This document shows positions 50,529 to 64,000 of a stretch of DNA of 64,000 bases, one piece after another. The notes under the pieces were generated by a model. That model saw only the letters and a program-made list of their open reading frames with translations. It did no database searches and had not been told where the DNA came from. The stretch is from the human T2T-CHM13v2.0 reference genome, Homo sapiens: NCBI RefSeq assembly GCF_009914755.1, contig NC_060933.1. The stretch is one strand, 5' to 3'. The position numbers and the translations under genes are program-made. Position 1 is the stretch's first letter; the number at the start of each line of letters is the position of its first letter.

Positions 50529-53500
50529 AGGGTAAAGACCCCAAATTTACTTAGACATGGGGATTAATAATCATGTGTCATTGCCAATAAACGTTTTCTT
50601 TCTTTTGCACTTCCAAAGAATTTTTTCACCACCTATTTTCCTCTATGTTTTTCTTTCTCTAGTATTTCTTTCTCTAAAAATTTGTGCTTGTGTAAATAAT
50701 TTGCAAATGCAACTTTTTTCTTCTTTGAAATGATAGCTAAATTCAAATTACTTTTATCTTATTCAAAATTCAGAGAAAAATTCAGAAGTGACCTATTAGA
50801 TGTTTGAGGATGTGCTATACTACATCAGGTGCACAAGTTCCTGTGAATAAGAAGCAAAAAAGCTAGCACTTTCCCCACTTCTGTTTTTAAAGAATAAGCT
50901 TATCAATGGATATTGAGGAAAAAAACTACTGGTAATATTTAAATGGTAAAATGGGTATGGTAAAATAATATTACGAGCATTTTTTCAAGTAATACATTTT
51001 GAACTTTAAGTTTTCTTCTGTTAATTTTATCTGTTTATAGGAGTAATCCTGTTTTGTTCACTTCAGTATATTCACTATTCCTTTCCCTTACAGTCAAGCA
51101 TTGGACATGGCCTTGATATTGCTGGTGATTACCCATAGGGCTCAATGTTCATCTTTTGTTTCTAAATTCCAAAAGCAAAGTTGATTCTAAAGGATGATAA
51201 TAATCATTAATAATTCATAGAATACCTATCTCCAAAACAGAATCAGGAATGCTATAGACAATAATAAGCACACATTAAACCAACTGGGCACTGTGCCAAG
51301 AAGATCAGCCAAGTACACACAATAGGCAAGAAAAGAGCTTGTATGTGTGTAAGGAGAAATAAGAAAGGGAAAGCAACACGTAAAAGGCTTCCAAACAGAA
51401 CAACCAGGGAGTCAACAGATTTTCAAACTTTCACAGAAACCAGAAATATTTTGAAGTCATTTCTGCTGGGTCTACTAACTGTCTTACAATGTAAGATAGC
51501 CATGAACCCCAATGGAAGAAGTAGAAGCAAATTGAGTATATTCTAAAAAATTCAAAATTTGTAGGCATATTAAGTTTTAGGTTTTACAAGCTTACAAGTG
51601 GTGAATTACAAGACCACAATATAGGTGTAGGTTTATGGGCTTTTTTATTTGTGATGATGACTTAAACCAACCTTCTTTTTTCTATATGATTTGTTGAAAT
51701 TAAAGCACTGTACATGTGATTATGACAAGGAACAAGGAGTCTCAGGTATATGTTTTCTTATATTATAAAACAGCACCTGAACTTTTTCATGTCAGATCTC
51801 TGCTGGCAAATTAAAGGAGGAAAATACCCCCATGAACTGAAGAAACCTATGGAAGTTAGCTTATTGAAATGCTGCCAGAGTCTTCATTTAGAGGGGTTTT
51901 TATAGGTAGTAGGTCTAAAGGATACTAGCAAACAAAAAATGCTAACAACATTTTTTTTCCCAAGGGAGAAGTACCCCACCAAATTTATTCCATGTAGGCC
52001 TGAGGGTTGGATACTAATTTACTTACCATGTATTTATTATAAAACACTACTTAGGCAGGTGTGACCAAGCTATAATTGGCAAGAAACCAGGGATGTACAT
52101 TTGCTTTTGTTATTATAGCTAAACTAGAAGAAGACTAAATCCTTTAATAGGAATAAAAAGTTAACACAATGATTTAATTTAGTTCTACTTAGTATAGATA
52201 ACATTTGGTAGAGCTTCAGGAACTTACTATATATTTTAGCCCTTAATTTGTAATGAAGGCATTGACAGTATAAATCTTGGGATAAACTAGGTAAATAAAT
52301 TACTTTTTTTGAATATGAATGTTCTTTTTTATTTATCCTGGAGTCATATTCAGTGAAGTGAGAAATGCATTTTGTTAAACTGACACCTAGATTTCAGGGA
52401 GAATATACTCAAATGATAAAATATTTATATCAAGAAAATAACTTTTACTCCATGACATTATATTATTTATCAGATATGAGTGTCATTAAAATTCATTTTC
52501 AAACTGTGTAAAAGAGAATGATTCCTATGCCAATGTTTTCTTACAGTGTGAAATCTTATATTGATAAAAGTACAATATTTATATATGAAATTTTGGAAAG
52601 CTTTGAGCATAAAGTTCTCAGTCACATCATAACATTTTCTCTGACAGTGTGTGTGTCTTAGGGTAGGGAAAGAGAGTGGTTGAATGTCCATATCTTACTA
52701 ACTAAGATGGTATGCCCACTGTCTTAACAATTTACTTCCTGTATTGACTCGACTAATTAGGCTGCCATAACTTTATTTCTTAATTGTTAATATGTTGGGG
52801 AAATTATCAATAAGTATAGAAAATGACAAAGTTATTGTTTCTGAAAAACTATGAAAAAGAGGATAGCCTTACTTATGCAGAGCCTATTAAAAAGAGAGTA
52901 CTTTTTCTTCTTAAAATGCATAGCTTGACCAGCTCCATTTAACACTGTTTTTTAAAAGACGTGTTAATATCCTAATGGTATAAATGAATTCAGTCATGAC
53001 TAGTTGAGTCAAAGAGATTTAAAAATTATTTGAACTGTTTTATCAAATTTCTAGCTCATTGTTTAGTGCTAGATATTCACAAAACAAATAGTTAAGTTCC
53101 TAAGATTATTGTTGCAAACTGTGGGAACTAAAAGTCTTTAATTACATTACTTTGAAAGCAAAAAGTGATTTCCATGCAAAATATTTTAAAGGATTTCTAC
53201 CCAATGTCAAATTTTCTCATCTATTCATTTAATAAGAATTGATTAAATATCTGTTGTGTCTTAAAAATCAATGACGAATAACATCCTAAACTTCAGCAAG
53301 CATATGGTTGAACACTAAATAAAGAACAAAAACCAAGGTAATTACAGTAGAGTGTTTCAGTGATATATTACCACCAAGAACAGAGAGCTATAAAAATCAC
53401 TGGAAGAACAACTAACTGAATCTTTGGGGAGTGAAGAAAAGCTTTCTTTGGAAAATAACCTCTAATCTCATATCTAAAGGACCAGTAGGAGTTATCCATA

Positions 53501-53948
53501 AAAAGGAGAAAGAAAATTCCAGGTAGTTGAAATGGCTTGCTGAATTGCAAGGGCACAGATTACTAAAATGTTTAGTAATACTCATGGTAATTTTGTTTAT
53601 ATTTTTGAAACAGATATCATGTAGTCAACACAATAGGTCAAATCAGGACCTTTGGTACACATAACCCTTTTTCTGTAAGGTGTTGATAGGTATCATTTGA
53701 ATAAAATTGGTGATATTTAGTGTTTATTGGTGTTTGGGAAAAACATGTGCTTCCTAAAATTTTAGCATATTTTCCTATATGATTTCTCATTAATAAATTA
53801 ATGCACAAAGCAAATATCCAGGAGGTGTTAATAGTAAGCAGTAATTTCCAAAATTGCATGACCAAGAAACTTTTTACTCATAGAATAACTGAAATACTTT
53901 TCTCAGGAATATACTTTGAGAAATATTGCTTAAATACATGTGGAAAAA

Positions 53949-54035
53949 AAGTGTTCTAAATCCAAGTTCTTTATGATGGAGATTACTGAATCCAAGTGTT
54001 CTAAATCCAAGTTCTTTATGGTGGAGATTACTGAA
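53949..54035. repeat. 45-bp-period tandem duplication
   Basis: aagtgttctaaatccaagttctttatg(a/g)tggagattactgaa occurs twice; the ORF track shows FSNLHHKELGFRTL twice. Confidence 0.93.
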
Positions 54036-54071
54036 AAAGTATGGGAGAAAATTATACATTTTGATAGAAAA

Positions 54072-54484
54072 TCGTAAGAGTTGAATGGTGTTTGCCCAAA
54101 AGGTTTGTCCACCCAGAATCTCACAGTCTGACCTCAATCGTAATAAGCATCTTTGAAGATGTAATAAGGTAATAAAGTGTGCTCATCCTCTATTACAATA
54201 AATTCTAAATCTAATGAGTGTCCTTATAAGAGATAGAATAACAGAAAGACACAGAAAAAGCGGGGAGGCATGTGAAGACAGAGTCAGAGAGACTGGAAAG
54301 ACAAAAACCGCTAAGAATTGCTGACAGCATGGAACGGGTTTTTTCTGGGTCTCCAGTGGAAACCAATACTGCCAACACATTCATTTGTCTTCTGGCCTCC
54401 AGACCTGTGAGAGAATCAATTTCTGTTGCTTTAAGTCATCAAGTTTGTTGTAATTTGTTATGACAACCCTGGAAACCTAATACA
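54072..54484 (+). mobile_element. MaLR solo LTR (MLT1B/C-like)
   Basis: gagttgaatggtg...tctggcctccagacctgtgagagaatcaatttctgttgctttaag...ggaaacctaataca. Confidence 0.8.
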
Positions 54485-54599
54485 ACAATGTGATGCTTTA
54501 GAACCAGTTGTGTTCGAACAAATTTAAGCCTTAACTCATATTCTTACCAAACAGTCCCCAATGAATTATGGATGTCCTTTGATTTCATGTCCTTGCATT

Positions 54600-55092
54600 A
54601 TCCTCCCAACCAGACAATAGATTAGCCTTGTGAATTAGTTGAGCCATGAGAATGCAGCTAAAGAGACACTGTATAAGTTTCAGTCCTAGGCTTAAGGAAG
54701 CTTTATAGCTTTTGTTTACTCTGTCTTTTACCTTGAGCCACTGTGCAAAGATGTCTAGGTTAGCGTCCTTGTGGATGAGACACCTTATGATGAAAAAGAC
54801 CAGGAGGAATGAAAGACTGGGAAGATAGAGAGGAAGACCCAGTTAGTTTCTAGTCATTCCAGCACAACATATGAATGGGGCCAGCTAGGATCCTCCAGTC
54901 CCTATGGAGCTGCCTCTAAATACAAACATATTAAATAGTCCAGCAGAAGACACCATCTAGGGAAGAGATGAGCCACCCAGCTGAGTTCAGCCCAGATTGA
55001 AGAATCATGAGCAGGTCCATCTGTGCTACTTAGCTGTTTTAAGCTGCTATGTTTAGACTGGTTTATTATGCAGCAATAGAAAGCTGTAACCA
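54600..55092 (+). mobile_element. Older MaLR LTR fragment (MLT1F/G/H-like)
   Basis: ccagctgagttcagcccagattgaagaatcatgagc...ttttaagctgcta...ttatgcagcaatag. Confidence 0.6.
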
Positions 55093-55831
55093 TCTAATAT
55101 GATTATCAAGTATGTGTTTTTAAAACAAAGACAAAAAAGATGAACAGATATAAGATTAGGTTGTGTGCTGTAGCAAAGGTGGATTTGACCTTTTTTTAAG
55201 TTAAGAATTTTGATAATCTACCATACATTTTTAAATTCTTTCTTGCATTAACTTTATCTCTGGATAAAAAATTCAGGCCACCCGTAAGTAAATAGAAACA
55301 GTAGGCATAAATACACAAAAGGAAAGTTATATTAAAATTCTGCAGAAATGTAACAAGAATAAAAAAGCTGAACTGGATTTTTAGGATGTTCTACACTCAG
55401 CTTTTATGAGAAACAGACAAATGACAATCTCATGCCAAGGATTTGTTTTAAAAGGCTGTATAACAGGTAGACCATTGACTAACACATGTTTTACCACCTT
55501 TATCTTCAGAGTACTGCAGACAAATGATATTCATAATGACTCTACACGATACTGAAATGGTATCTGAATATTAACAACTAAATTCTGACCAGTTATGATT
55601 TAAAACATTTAGCTATTTATTGATTGTTATTTTTTTAAAAACTTGGAATGTGCATTATATGTATATTTAACTATAAAGTCACTGAACATTTAATTAACAT
55701 ATGTCCTGTTTTTCAATCATTACTAGGAGTAATCTTTATAGAAATACAAGTAGCAACCATTACCACAAATGAATTCTCATAAGAAACAGTTATTCAAGTC
55801 TTTTTCTCTCTCTCTTTGTCAAACGCATGTG

Positions 55832-55856
55832 CACACACACACACACACACACACAC
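55832..55856. repeat. (CA)n microsatellite
   Basis: Pure CA run. Confidence 0.93.
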
Positions 55857-58399
55857 TTTGTATGCCTGTGGATTGTGTGAGAGAGAGAATGAGCCTGTAA
55901 ATACAGAATTATATCAGAATTCTTGTAGCAAATAAGCTATCAGGAAAATTGAGCCAACTTAGTCTTGGTCTTGTGAAGGACATTTTCTCTTTTCTGACCT
56001 AGTCTTTTCTATTAAGTGAAAGATGTCACACAATGACCACTCATCTATTTTTGATGGATACATGAATTGTACATTACGTGGAAAGAAGAGAGAAAATAAT
56101 CCTAATTTTATATAATGTACAGGTTAGAAAGCCTGATACAGACTAATATAAAATTAATGCTTTGAATAAATTTGTTTATACTATTGCTCTGTTAGTGTTG
56201 CTACTTTTGGTTTGTTTTTCAATTGTTTTTCCAATATGTGTTTAGTTTGATTTTTAATAATCTTCTCTCTCTCTTTTTTCTTTTCTTCTCCTTTACCTCT
56301 TGCTCCTCTTCCTTACTCTCCTTGCCTTCCTCCTCAGTCTCCTCATCCTCATCTTCCTCCTCATCCTCTTTCTTTGTTTTCATTACAAAATAAAATAAGC
56401 AATCAGAAAAGTTCATACAGATATTGTTACTTATCTTTAGGGACCTGGATCTAACTTAGTGCTGTTGCTTCTGTTTCTTCCCTTTTGTCCTCCTCTTCTT
56501 TTTCTCCTTTGTGTTCTGTTTTACTTTTTAAAAATAGATGCCACAACTCTGATTTTTAATCTGATTGTGTAAATGATCCTTAATAGTAAAATCAATTTTA
56601 ATATCTTATAAAACAGAAGCACAGCAAAGCATTTTGCAGAATTTACCATAAAGTAAATAATAACCATTCCTAGTATGATAATGCTGCAACTATTTTTCTT
56701 TCATCCTCTGCAACATTTTTATCTGACACAGTCTCTGCTGTTTCCAAGTTCAACGTCCTGCAGCAAGCCTTGCCAGCAATACAGAATACTTTCAATTAGT
56801 AGTTCTCTACTTCTCTGGTCGCTAAGCAACTGACCTGTGGTGAAGAATACATAATGATCTGCATAGACACCTTAGAGCAATAGAAAGTATAAGCTTCACA
56901 AGTTTCATTTGCTCTCTTGTGTTGATGTTACAATAACCAGTTAAATGCATGGAAATATTTGATAGTAGTTTGCTATAATAAACTTTAATAAAGATTAAAA
57001 GAAGCCTTGGAGAAAGGTAGAAATAAACACAACATAAAATATTGTATTTGTCATTTGTTCATGTATGTCATTTTACTGTTTATGGGGAGGGCAAGCAATC
57101 AGGTTAATATTTTATTAAATGTTTATATTCTAGCTACTGTTTAAGACAGAATTCATCAAGTAGCAGAAGTGATGGAAGGGCCAAGGGGAAGAAAGATGGA
57201 CAAAACCTGAAAATTGAAAGTACAATAAAATGAAAATTACAAATGAAAACCAGTATGCCTGAGTTATACATGACTGTTTAGTAGAGTGTCTTCATGTGGG
57301 TTAAAGAAGAAAAGGAAATACCAGCTGGAATCAGCAGAACAGATTTAGCACTTGACCCTTGGATACTTTTCATTCTATTTATCTATCATATTTTTATTGG
57401 TTTGTATTCCATTGACTACTATATGCACCGACCCTCAGCAAATTCATTCAATAGAGAGGAGAGATTATATCTCCACTGTATCAGTGGAGCTGCTTAGGAA
57501 CATTTCTCCCGCTTCTTGCATGTATTTTGTCCTATTTGTACATTGTATTTTATGAGCTGCTTTAGAATAGTAGAATAACTTTCCTTTATATGGTATAGAA
57601 CTTTTGATATATCTCAAATAAATTTTTTAAAAATGATCAATTGAAATGTATGTTCTCATACTGTATGTGCAAATATCAGTAGTACAAACACTAAGGATTA
57701 ATGAAAATGAAAATCCTAATATATAAAACTTAGAAAAATAGACTAAATATTTACTGAAAAGAAACAGATAACCAAAATTTCGTGATACACAATGAAAAGC
57801 CTTGAGACATTAAAGAGGACTTTCACTGCCTTTGATGATGTCATCCTTTACCTATTAAGTTCTTCTAGCATGGTAACTAGAACTAAACTTTTAACTTCCT
57901 TTTAAACCACACACTGAATGCATCTGTGAAAAAGACCTGCATACTACAAGATAACTTTAATTACATATCTTCTGTGGGGTCCGTGCTTTTAGTTTAGTAT
58001 AGGTTTATGCAAAGTGATACTATTGGTAATGTGTAATTTAAACACACACACAAACTAACAGGCCCTGCCGCCTATCAATGTCTGGGTGATATCAGAGAAG
58101 GCCGTGTGGGAATCTAGAACTTTCTTCTCTGCCAGGTAGTTACAATGTGCCCCGTCCTTCTCCACCAGATTCCTTAGGTGTCAAAGTAAACTAAGTGAGA
58201 AGTTGGAACTTTCACCATCATCTAGTGGTAAAAAGGTCCAAGGCCTCCTGATGTTTGCCTTCCCTTCAGTGTAGGCCATAGTGGGAGCAGAAACAAGAAA
58301 AAAATCCCCCACTCTCCAAAGGTGGTTGAGCAGGGATAAATTTTTATCACCACCTAGCAATAACAAGGCACCCCCACTTTCACCATGTGTGGTGTCACA

Positions 58400-59850
58400 G
58401 GAGGTTTATTTCCAAGAGTTAAAATACAGAGCCTCATAGCATAATATCCAAATTACCCTAGATACGTTGAAAATTACTCAGCATATCAAGCACCAGAAAA
58501 AAAATCTCATCTTGAATGAGATAACACATGCCAACACAGTGATAACACATAAATTAGATTTATTCACAAGGATTTTAAAGCCACCACCATAAACATGTTT
58601 TAATGAGCAATTGTGAATATGCTGGAACAAATGAAACAATGGAAAGCTTTACAAAGAAATAGAAGATGCCAAGAGACAAATAGAAATTTTGGCACCGAAA
58701 AATATAATTGAAACTTTAAAAAATACTTGATGGCTCAATAGGGTAATGGAGGAAATAGAGAAAAGAATAAGTGAACTTGAAAATAGGACATTAAAAATTT
58801 ACTAATCCAAAGACCAGAGGGAGTATAGACTGAAAATGAAAAAAAAAAAAGAACAGAGCCTCAAGGACCTATAAGACTATAGCAAAAAATCTACTATTCA
58901 TGTCATCAGAGTCCTAGAAGGAAAGGCAAAAGTGGGTTGGGCTAAAAATATATTTGAAAAAATAATGTCCAAAACGTTTTCGAGTTTGGCAAAAGACATA
59001 CAACTACAGATTCAAGAAATGAGAAAATCTAAAACGGGACAGATACAAAAAAATCAACAAAGAAACAGGGCAATTTCAGAAAACAGCAGAAGAAAAAATC
59101 TTGGAAACAGTGAGGTAAAACAATGCTTCATCTCTCCAGAAGAAAAACAATTTGAATGACAATGATTTCCTGTCAGAAATAATGGTGGCCAAAAGGAAGT
59201 GATATATTTCTCAAGTACTGCAAAACAAGAACTGTCAATCCAGAATTCTGTATTAGGCAAAAATGTCCTTTAGAAATGAAGGAGAATTAAATAAATTCTC
59301 AGAAGAAGAAAAATTAAGAATTGGTTGCAAACAGACCTACCCTAAAGAAAAGCAAAAAGTTCTTGAAACATAAAATGAATAAGGGGCCTGAAATCATCAG
59401 AAAAATGTAAGAGTAACAGAAAGAGCAAAAATATGAATAAGTACAACAGATTTTTCTTCTTGAGTTTTCTAAATTATGTTTGACTTTTGAATCAAAAACT
59501 GTAACATCGAAATGGTTATCAATACCTAAATGAAAAATTTTTAAAATTATGTAAACAAGGATGGGTAAAGAGACTTCCAACGAGATAAGATTTTTACACT
59601 TCACTAGAAGTGTTAGATATTTTGATAGTGGTAGTGGTCACAAGAATTTACACATGTAATAAAATGACAGATGTATGCATACACATTTTTTCAATGTCAA
59701 TTTCTTGGTTTTAATGTTTTACTGTAGCTACAAAAAAAATGTAACCACTGGGGAAACTAGGTGAAGAGTATGAGAGACCTCTCTGTACTATATTTGCAAC
59801 CTTCTGTAAATCTATAATAATTTCAAATCAACAGTTAAAAAATAAAAATA
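58400..59850 (+). mobile_element. Ancient L1M fragment (ORF1 region joined to 3' UTR)
   Basis: ORF 58932..59159 KNIFEKIMSKTFSSLAKDIQLQIQE resembles L1 ORF1; actggggaaactaggtgaagagtatgagagacctctctgtacta is an L1ME/MC-type 3' end. Confidence 0.75.
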
Positions 59851-61538
59851 TATCTAATAGACCAATAGTTTCATATGGAGGGCAGAATGATTTAAAAAAA
59901 TGAGATATTTTGTTTATGCATACCTGTAAAGGCATCCATGAAAGGTATTATTAACATTTGAAATTATGTAAGTCCAATGCTGCAGGAACATGGGCATACT
60001 ATAGCTTATTTTAGATGCTTTAGAAAGCCAAAGTCATCTCTGGTAAGTTCTACTTTGATGATAATAACCTGAGAGACTTCTCAGTCTCCAAAATTGCACT
60101 ATTTCTAAAATATAAGTAAATATTCCCTTCATCCTAAATCTTTCAAAGTTTAAGAATGTCATTGATAGTCTTTGCTTTAGAGGAAAATACAGAGATCAAG
60201 AAAAAAGGTCTGGAAAAATGAAAAAAATAATTTTAAAAGCTTCCTCAGAGAGAAAGAGTTTCAGACGGATATAGTTTAACTACATTAACTCAGCCATGAA
60301 TTTCTTACTTCTCTTCTAGTACCGGTTACTCTTTTGCTGAATGAATCTACCTTATGAACACAAGTTAAAAAAAATGTACCCATGATAAGTAAAACATTAT
60401 TAAATACAGCTATTTTTATAAAAGTTTCAAGTCAAAAATGGATCCATTTCTGTTCTTCTTCTTACAGGGAGTTGCTTATTTCCCATCCTTCATTAAAAGG
60501 GCCAAAAAGTATACTCATCTGTAGTAGAGAATATGCATAATGTTTATTAACTCATGCTTATTATAATGTTAACACATTATCTGCCACTCCAAGAATGTGG
60601 GCATATTTAGAAAATGTTCAATATGGTATCTATAAATTATTCTATGGCAGACTTTGATTTAATTCTTTTCATCTTCATTTAATAACAGTGGAGTGGTTCT
60701 TAATATCATATTTTCATTATTTGCATGTCCTTTGCAAGAAGGCTTGGGAACCTATTTACCCCAAAATAAGTTCCAAACAGGTCAGACTTCTAATTGTTCA
60801 TACAAATAACTAAGGATTAGAAATATAGATGCTATACAATTCTAATATAAATCTTTTGGTATTAACCCCTCACCATTGAAAACACATTAACTGACTTGTA
60901 GTGTTTGATCGTTTCCACACAAAGAAGATGGATCACTGTATGTCTCTTAATATCTACATAACCTTAAACCAGAAGATAGAACATGATTGTTCAGGAGAGT
61001 CACATGATTTCAATCAAATTATTGTAAGTATGTCATTTGAGCAGAAATAACACAATGTGCAGAATACTGCAAGTGAATTTTCTTTTCGCCAAATAGTGTG
61101 AGCTAAATCATGTTTACTATAGTGATAATATTAATTATTCGATGGATATGCTAGAATTATTCTACTGATCTTATGTTGTTTTCTGACATTTTCCAAAACA
61201 CTTTAAATTGTGCTTTACCCTTTCATACCCTTTTATTGTTTACTGATTCATTCCACAAATTAAAATTAACTATTGGTACTAATGTGTACTGAAACAAAAA
61301 ACAATAATGTCACTTCAGATTGTGACTGATTCTTAAAATATTCTCCATGGTCTTCATGGCCTAATGGTTTTAAGTTATACACACAGTATTTCACTTAAAA
61401 TATTATGGAAAGCAGCACCTGGAGCTTTAAACAAGTTACTTAGTTTATATCTGTAGTTTATAAATCATGATGTGTTAAACTTTATTATGATCTTACAATT
61501 TGAATTTAATTCTTTTATAATGTCTCTAGGTCCTCCTG

Positions 61539-61578
61539 ATGATAGATAGATAGATAGATGATAGATAGATAGATAGAT
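61539..61578. repeat. (GATA)n tetranucleotide STR
   Basis: Interrupted GATA run. Confidence 0.93.
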
Positions 61579-62175
61579 ATTTTCCTTTTAGAAAACCTCT
61601 TGCTTTTCTCATATCCCACTCTCTGACAGCATTATATTCAAGAGCAAGGGTGGGAAATGTGTTGACTGCCAAGGTATTAGATAGCTAGGTTAAATGCCAA
61701 AATTAAACTGATATAAAAAGTAATACAGAAACAAGAAAAAAAAGTGGAAAATGAAAACATAACCTTGTAAAGTTTTTATTCTAATATACAGGTATGTTAA
61801 TGAAAATAATAGAATGGTTTCTGAAAGACATAAATGGACAGTATTGTTTTATGAATACATCAGTAAGAAAATACTTTAACAGGAACGGGAAATTCTCCAG
61901 GTTCAGTGTGAGATTTCCACCTATAATTTTCATTTGGCTGGCGAGACTGACTTGCGTTACTTGAGTTATGCTATTTTAAAAGTATTTGTCACCAGTATGT
62001 ATCCCTTCTTTGATATTTTTCCTCCCTTCTACAGTGACTTTTAAAATCCAAATCTAATCAAGCTGCCACTGAGGACATATTGTTATATTAAACATACAAA
62101 TGTTTAAGCCTTATTAAATACAGACTGGGTTTCAGTAAATCAGAAATGGTTAAAAAAAAAAAAAAAAAAAAAAGA

Positions 62176-62503
<328 letters not shown>

Positions 62504-64000
62504 TTACTCCCTAATTATTTATATTGTGCTAAATAAAATTCCCAGTTCCAAAACCAAAATGTAATGACTGCACCATTTTTCACTTTTTCTAGATGTGGTC
62601 AGAGACTTTAAATGAGAGAAATGATACATGCATATACTTGGAGAGTAATAGGTATTGCTGAATAATATAAAGTTTGAGAATACACTTTTGCTTAAAACGT
62701 AAAATTGGTGATTTATATTATTTTATTTTTAAATGTAGAAATAGCTAAAGTATAAATTTTGTATAATGCAAGTGCTTTTCCTAGGTTTTAGTTTTGTTTT
62801 AATTTAGGAGTAAGGGTAAAGAAGCTATTTATAAATAGTACTAAGTCCGTGTGTTCTTTTCTCTAAATACATCTTGATGTGTTACGAAGATCAAATGTTC
62901 TGAAAAAGCAAATTTCCTCTAAACCTGAGTCCTCTCTTTCACTAGCAGAGAGAAAAAGTCTCTGCTAAAGTTACTGGATGAAAACAGAAACTGTATATTT
63001 GACTCTATTAAAGGAAAAAATAAAATGTTTTTTATAATATTAAGTCAACTTGAAATAAAAGAAAAAAGTTAGCTATTCAGGCCTGTCCCTAACATTTGTG
63101 GAAGTTCAGAAGTATTGCAAATCTAGACCCACATATTAATGACTACATATTTATAAGACATCAATCAAGCTTAAGAACTGTTAAAGTGTATTGAAATTCC
63201 TACATTGACAACTTCATAACAACTTAAAAAATTAAATTGAAATCTGCATTCTTGGACTGCCAGGAGAGGTCCACAATGGAATGTGAGGATTGGAAAGAGG
63301 CCCCAGGTCATAGCCAATTTCATTCTCTTTCCACCCCTCTTTCCATCTTGCTGGATGAGGGGTTTGTTACATCCAAGATACTGCAGCCTATTTGTCCAGC
63401 ATCTCCTCATGAGACATCCCTTTGACCAAGGGTTGTACACACCAGTCCACCTTCAAAAAGGCTGGTGTAGGGAATGGCCTTGAATAGACCTTGAAAGCAA
63501 TCTTAGGACCTTTTATTTCTCCTAAAGAGGAATCCAGAGTCTTGAGTATTGGTACATTGGCATAGCACATGGATGGGCATGAGTCTTGTTTCACATGAGC
63601 ACATTCACTTGTTTTGTGGACTCATTGCCACTTCCCCTTCTACTCTCCTTCCCAGCCCCCATGGGAGGAAGGTGAAAGTGGTTTGTGGTTCACTCTAAAG
63701 GGCTGGCCTAGAACCTGAGTTCCTCTTCCCTTTAGTCTAAGTTTAGCACTGCAACTATCTTGTTCCACTGTTCACATTTACCACGAAATGGGTCAAACAT
63801 ACAAAGAGAGCCTAAAGACACTTTTAATACATATTCGTAAATGAAAGTTTATTAATAAAATTGAAGGAGACGTATCAACACATAGTCACTTCTTTTCTAG
63901 AAAACACTCCCTACTTTATAGAATTGCTATGTGTATAGTTCCTCAGTAAGTGCTATGTGTGAACAGAAGATGTAGAATACAGATCTTTTATCTTCAGGTC

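Noticed and set aside
56219-56416. Acidic/basic ORF (KEDEEEDEDEETEEE...KKRKKRERR)
   Set aside because: Translation of a CT-rich low-complexity tract with no splice or homology support.
62152-62175. A22 run upstream of the AluY as the tail of a separate retrocopy
   Set aside because: No recognisable retroelement body precedes it. It is more simply an expanded A-rich target site or TSD.

Overview
Primate (almost certainly human) genomic DNA from a segmental-duplication mosaic, with no prokaryotic features. It has three blocks. (1) About 1-5.5 kb: an unprocessed partial duplicate of MTHFD1L, with two late coding exons on the minus strand and their intron. (2) About 5.6-27 kb, GC- and Alu-rich: a complete 8-exon duplicate of the aquaglyceroporin gene AQP7 (AQP7P/AQP7B paralog family) on the plus strand, including its promoter. 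(3) About 27.3-64 kb, AT-rich, with no recognisable gene: nested L1s (including a 5'-inverted L1PA2-type insertion), an LTR12 solo LTR, MaLR LTRs and microsatellites. The main result is that the AQP7 'pseudogene', spliced by hand, has GT-AG introns throughout and an uninterrupted 1044-nt ORF (347 aa). Both of its indels (+12 and +3) are in frame, and it carries a Gly-to-Arg change at a selectivity-filter position. Other notable structures are an intronic inverted repeat with a 91-bp perfect core and a 268-bp templated copy at a broken L1 end. Comparisons to AQP7, MTHFD1L and repeat consensus sequences are from memory, not from a database search. I cannot tell which named paralog this is.
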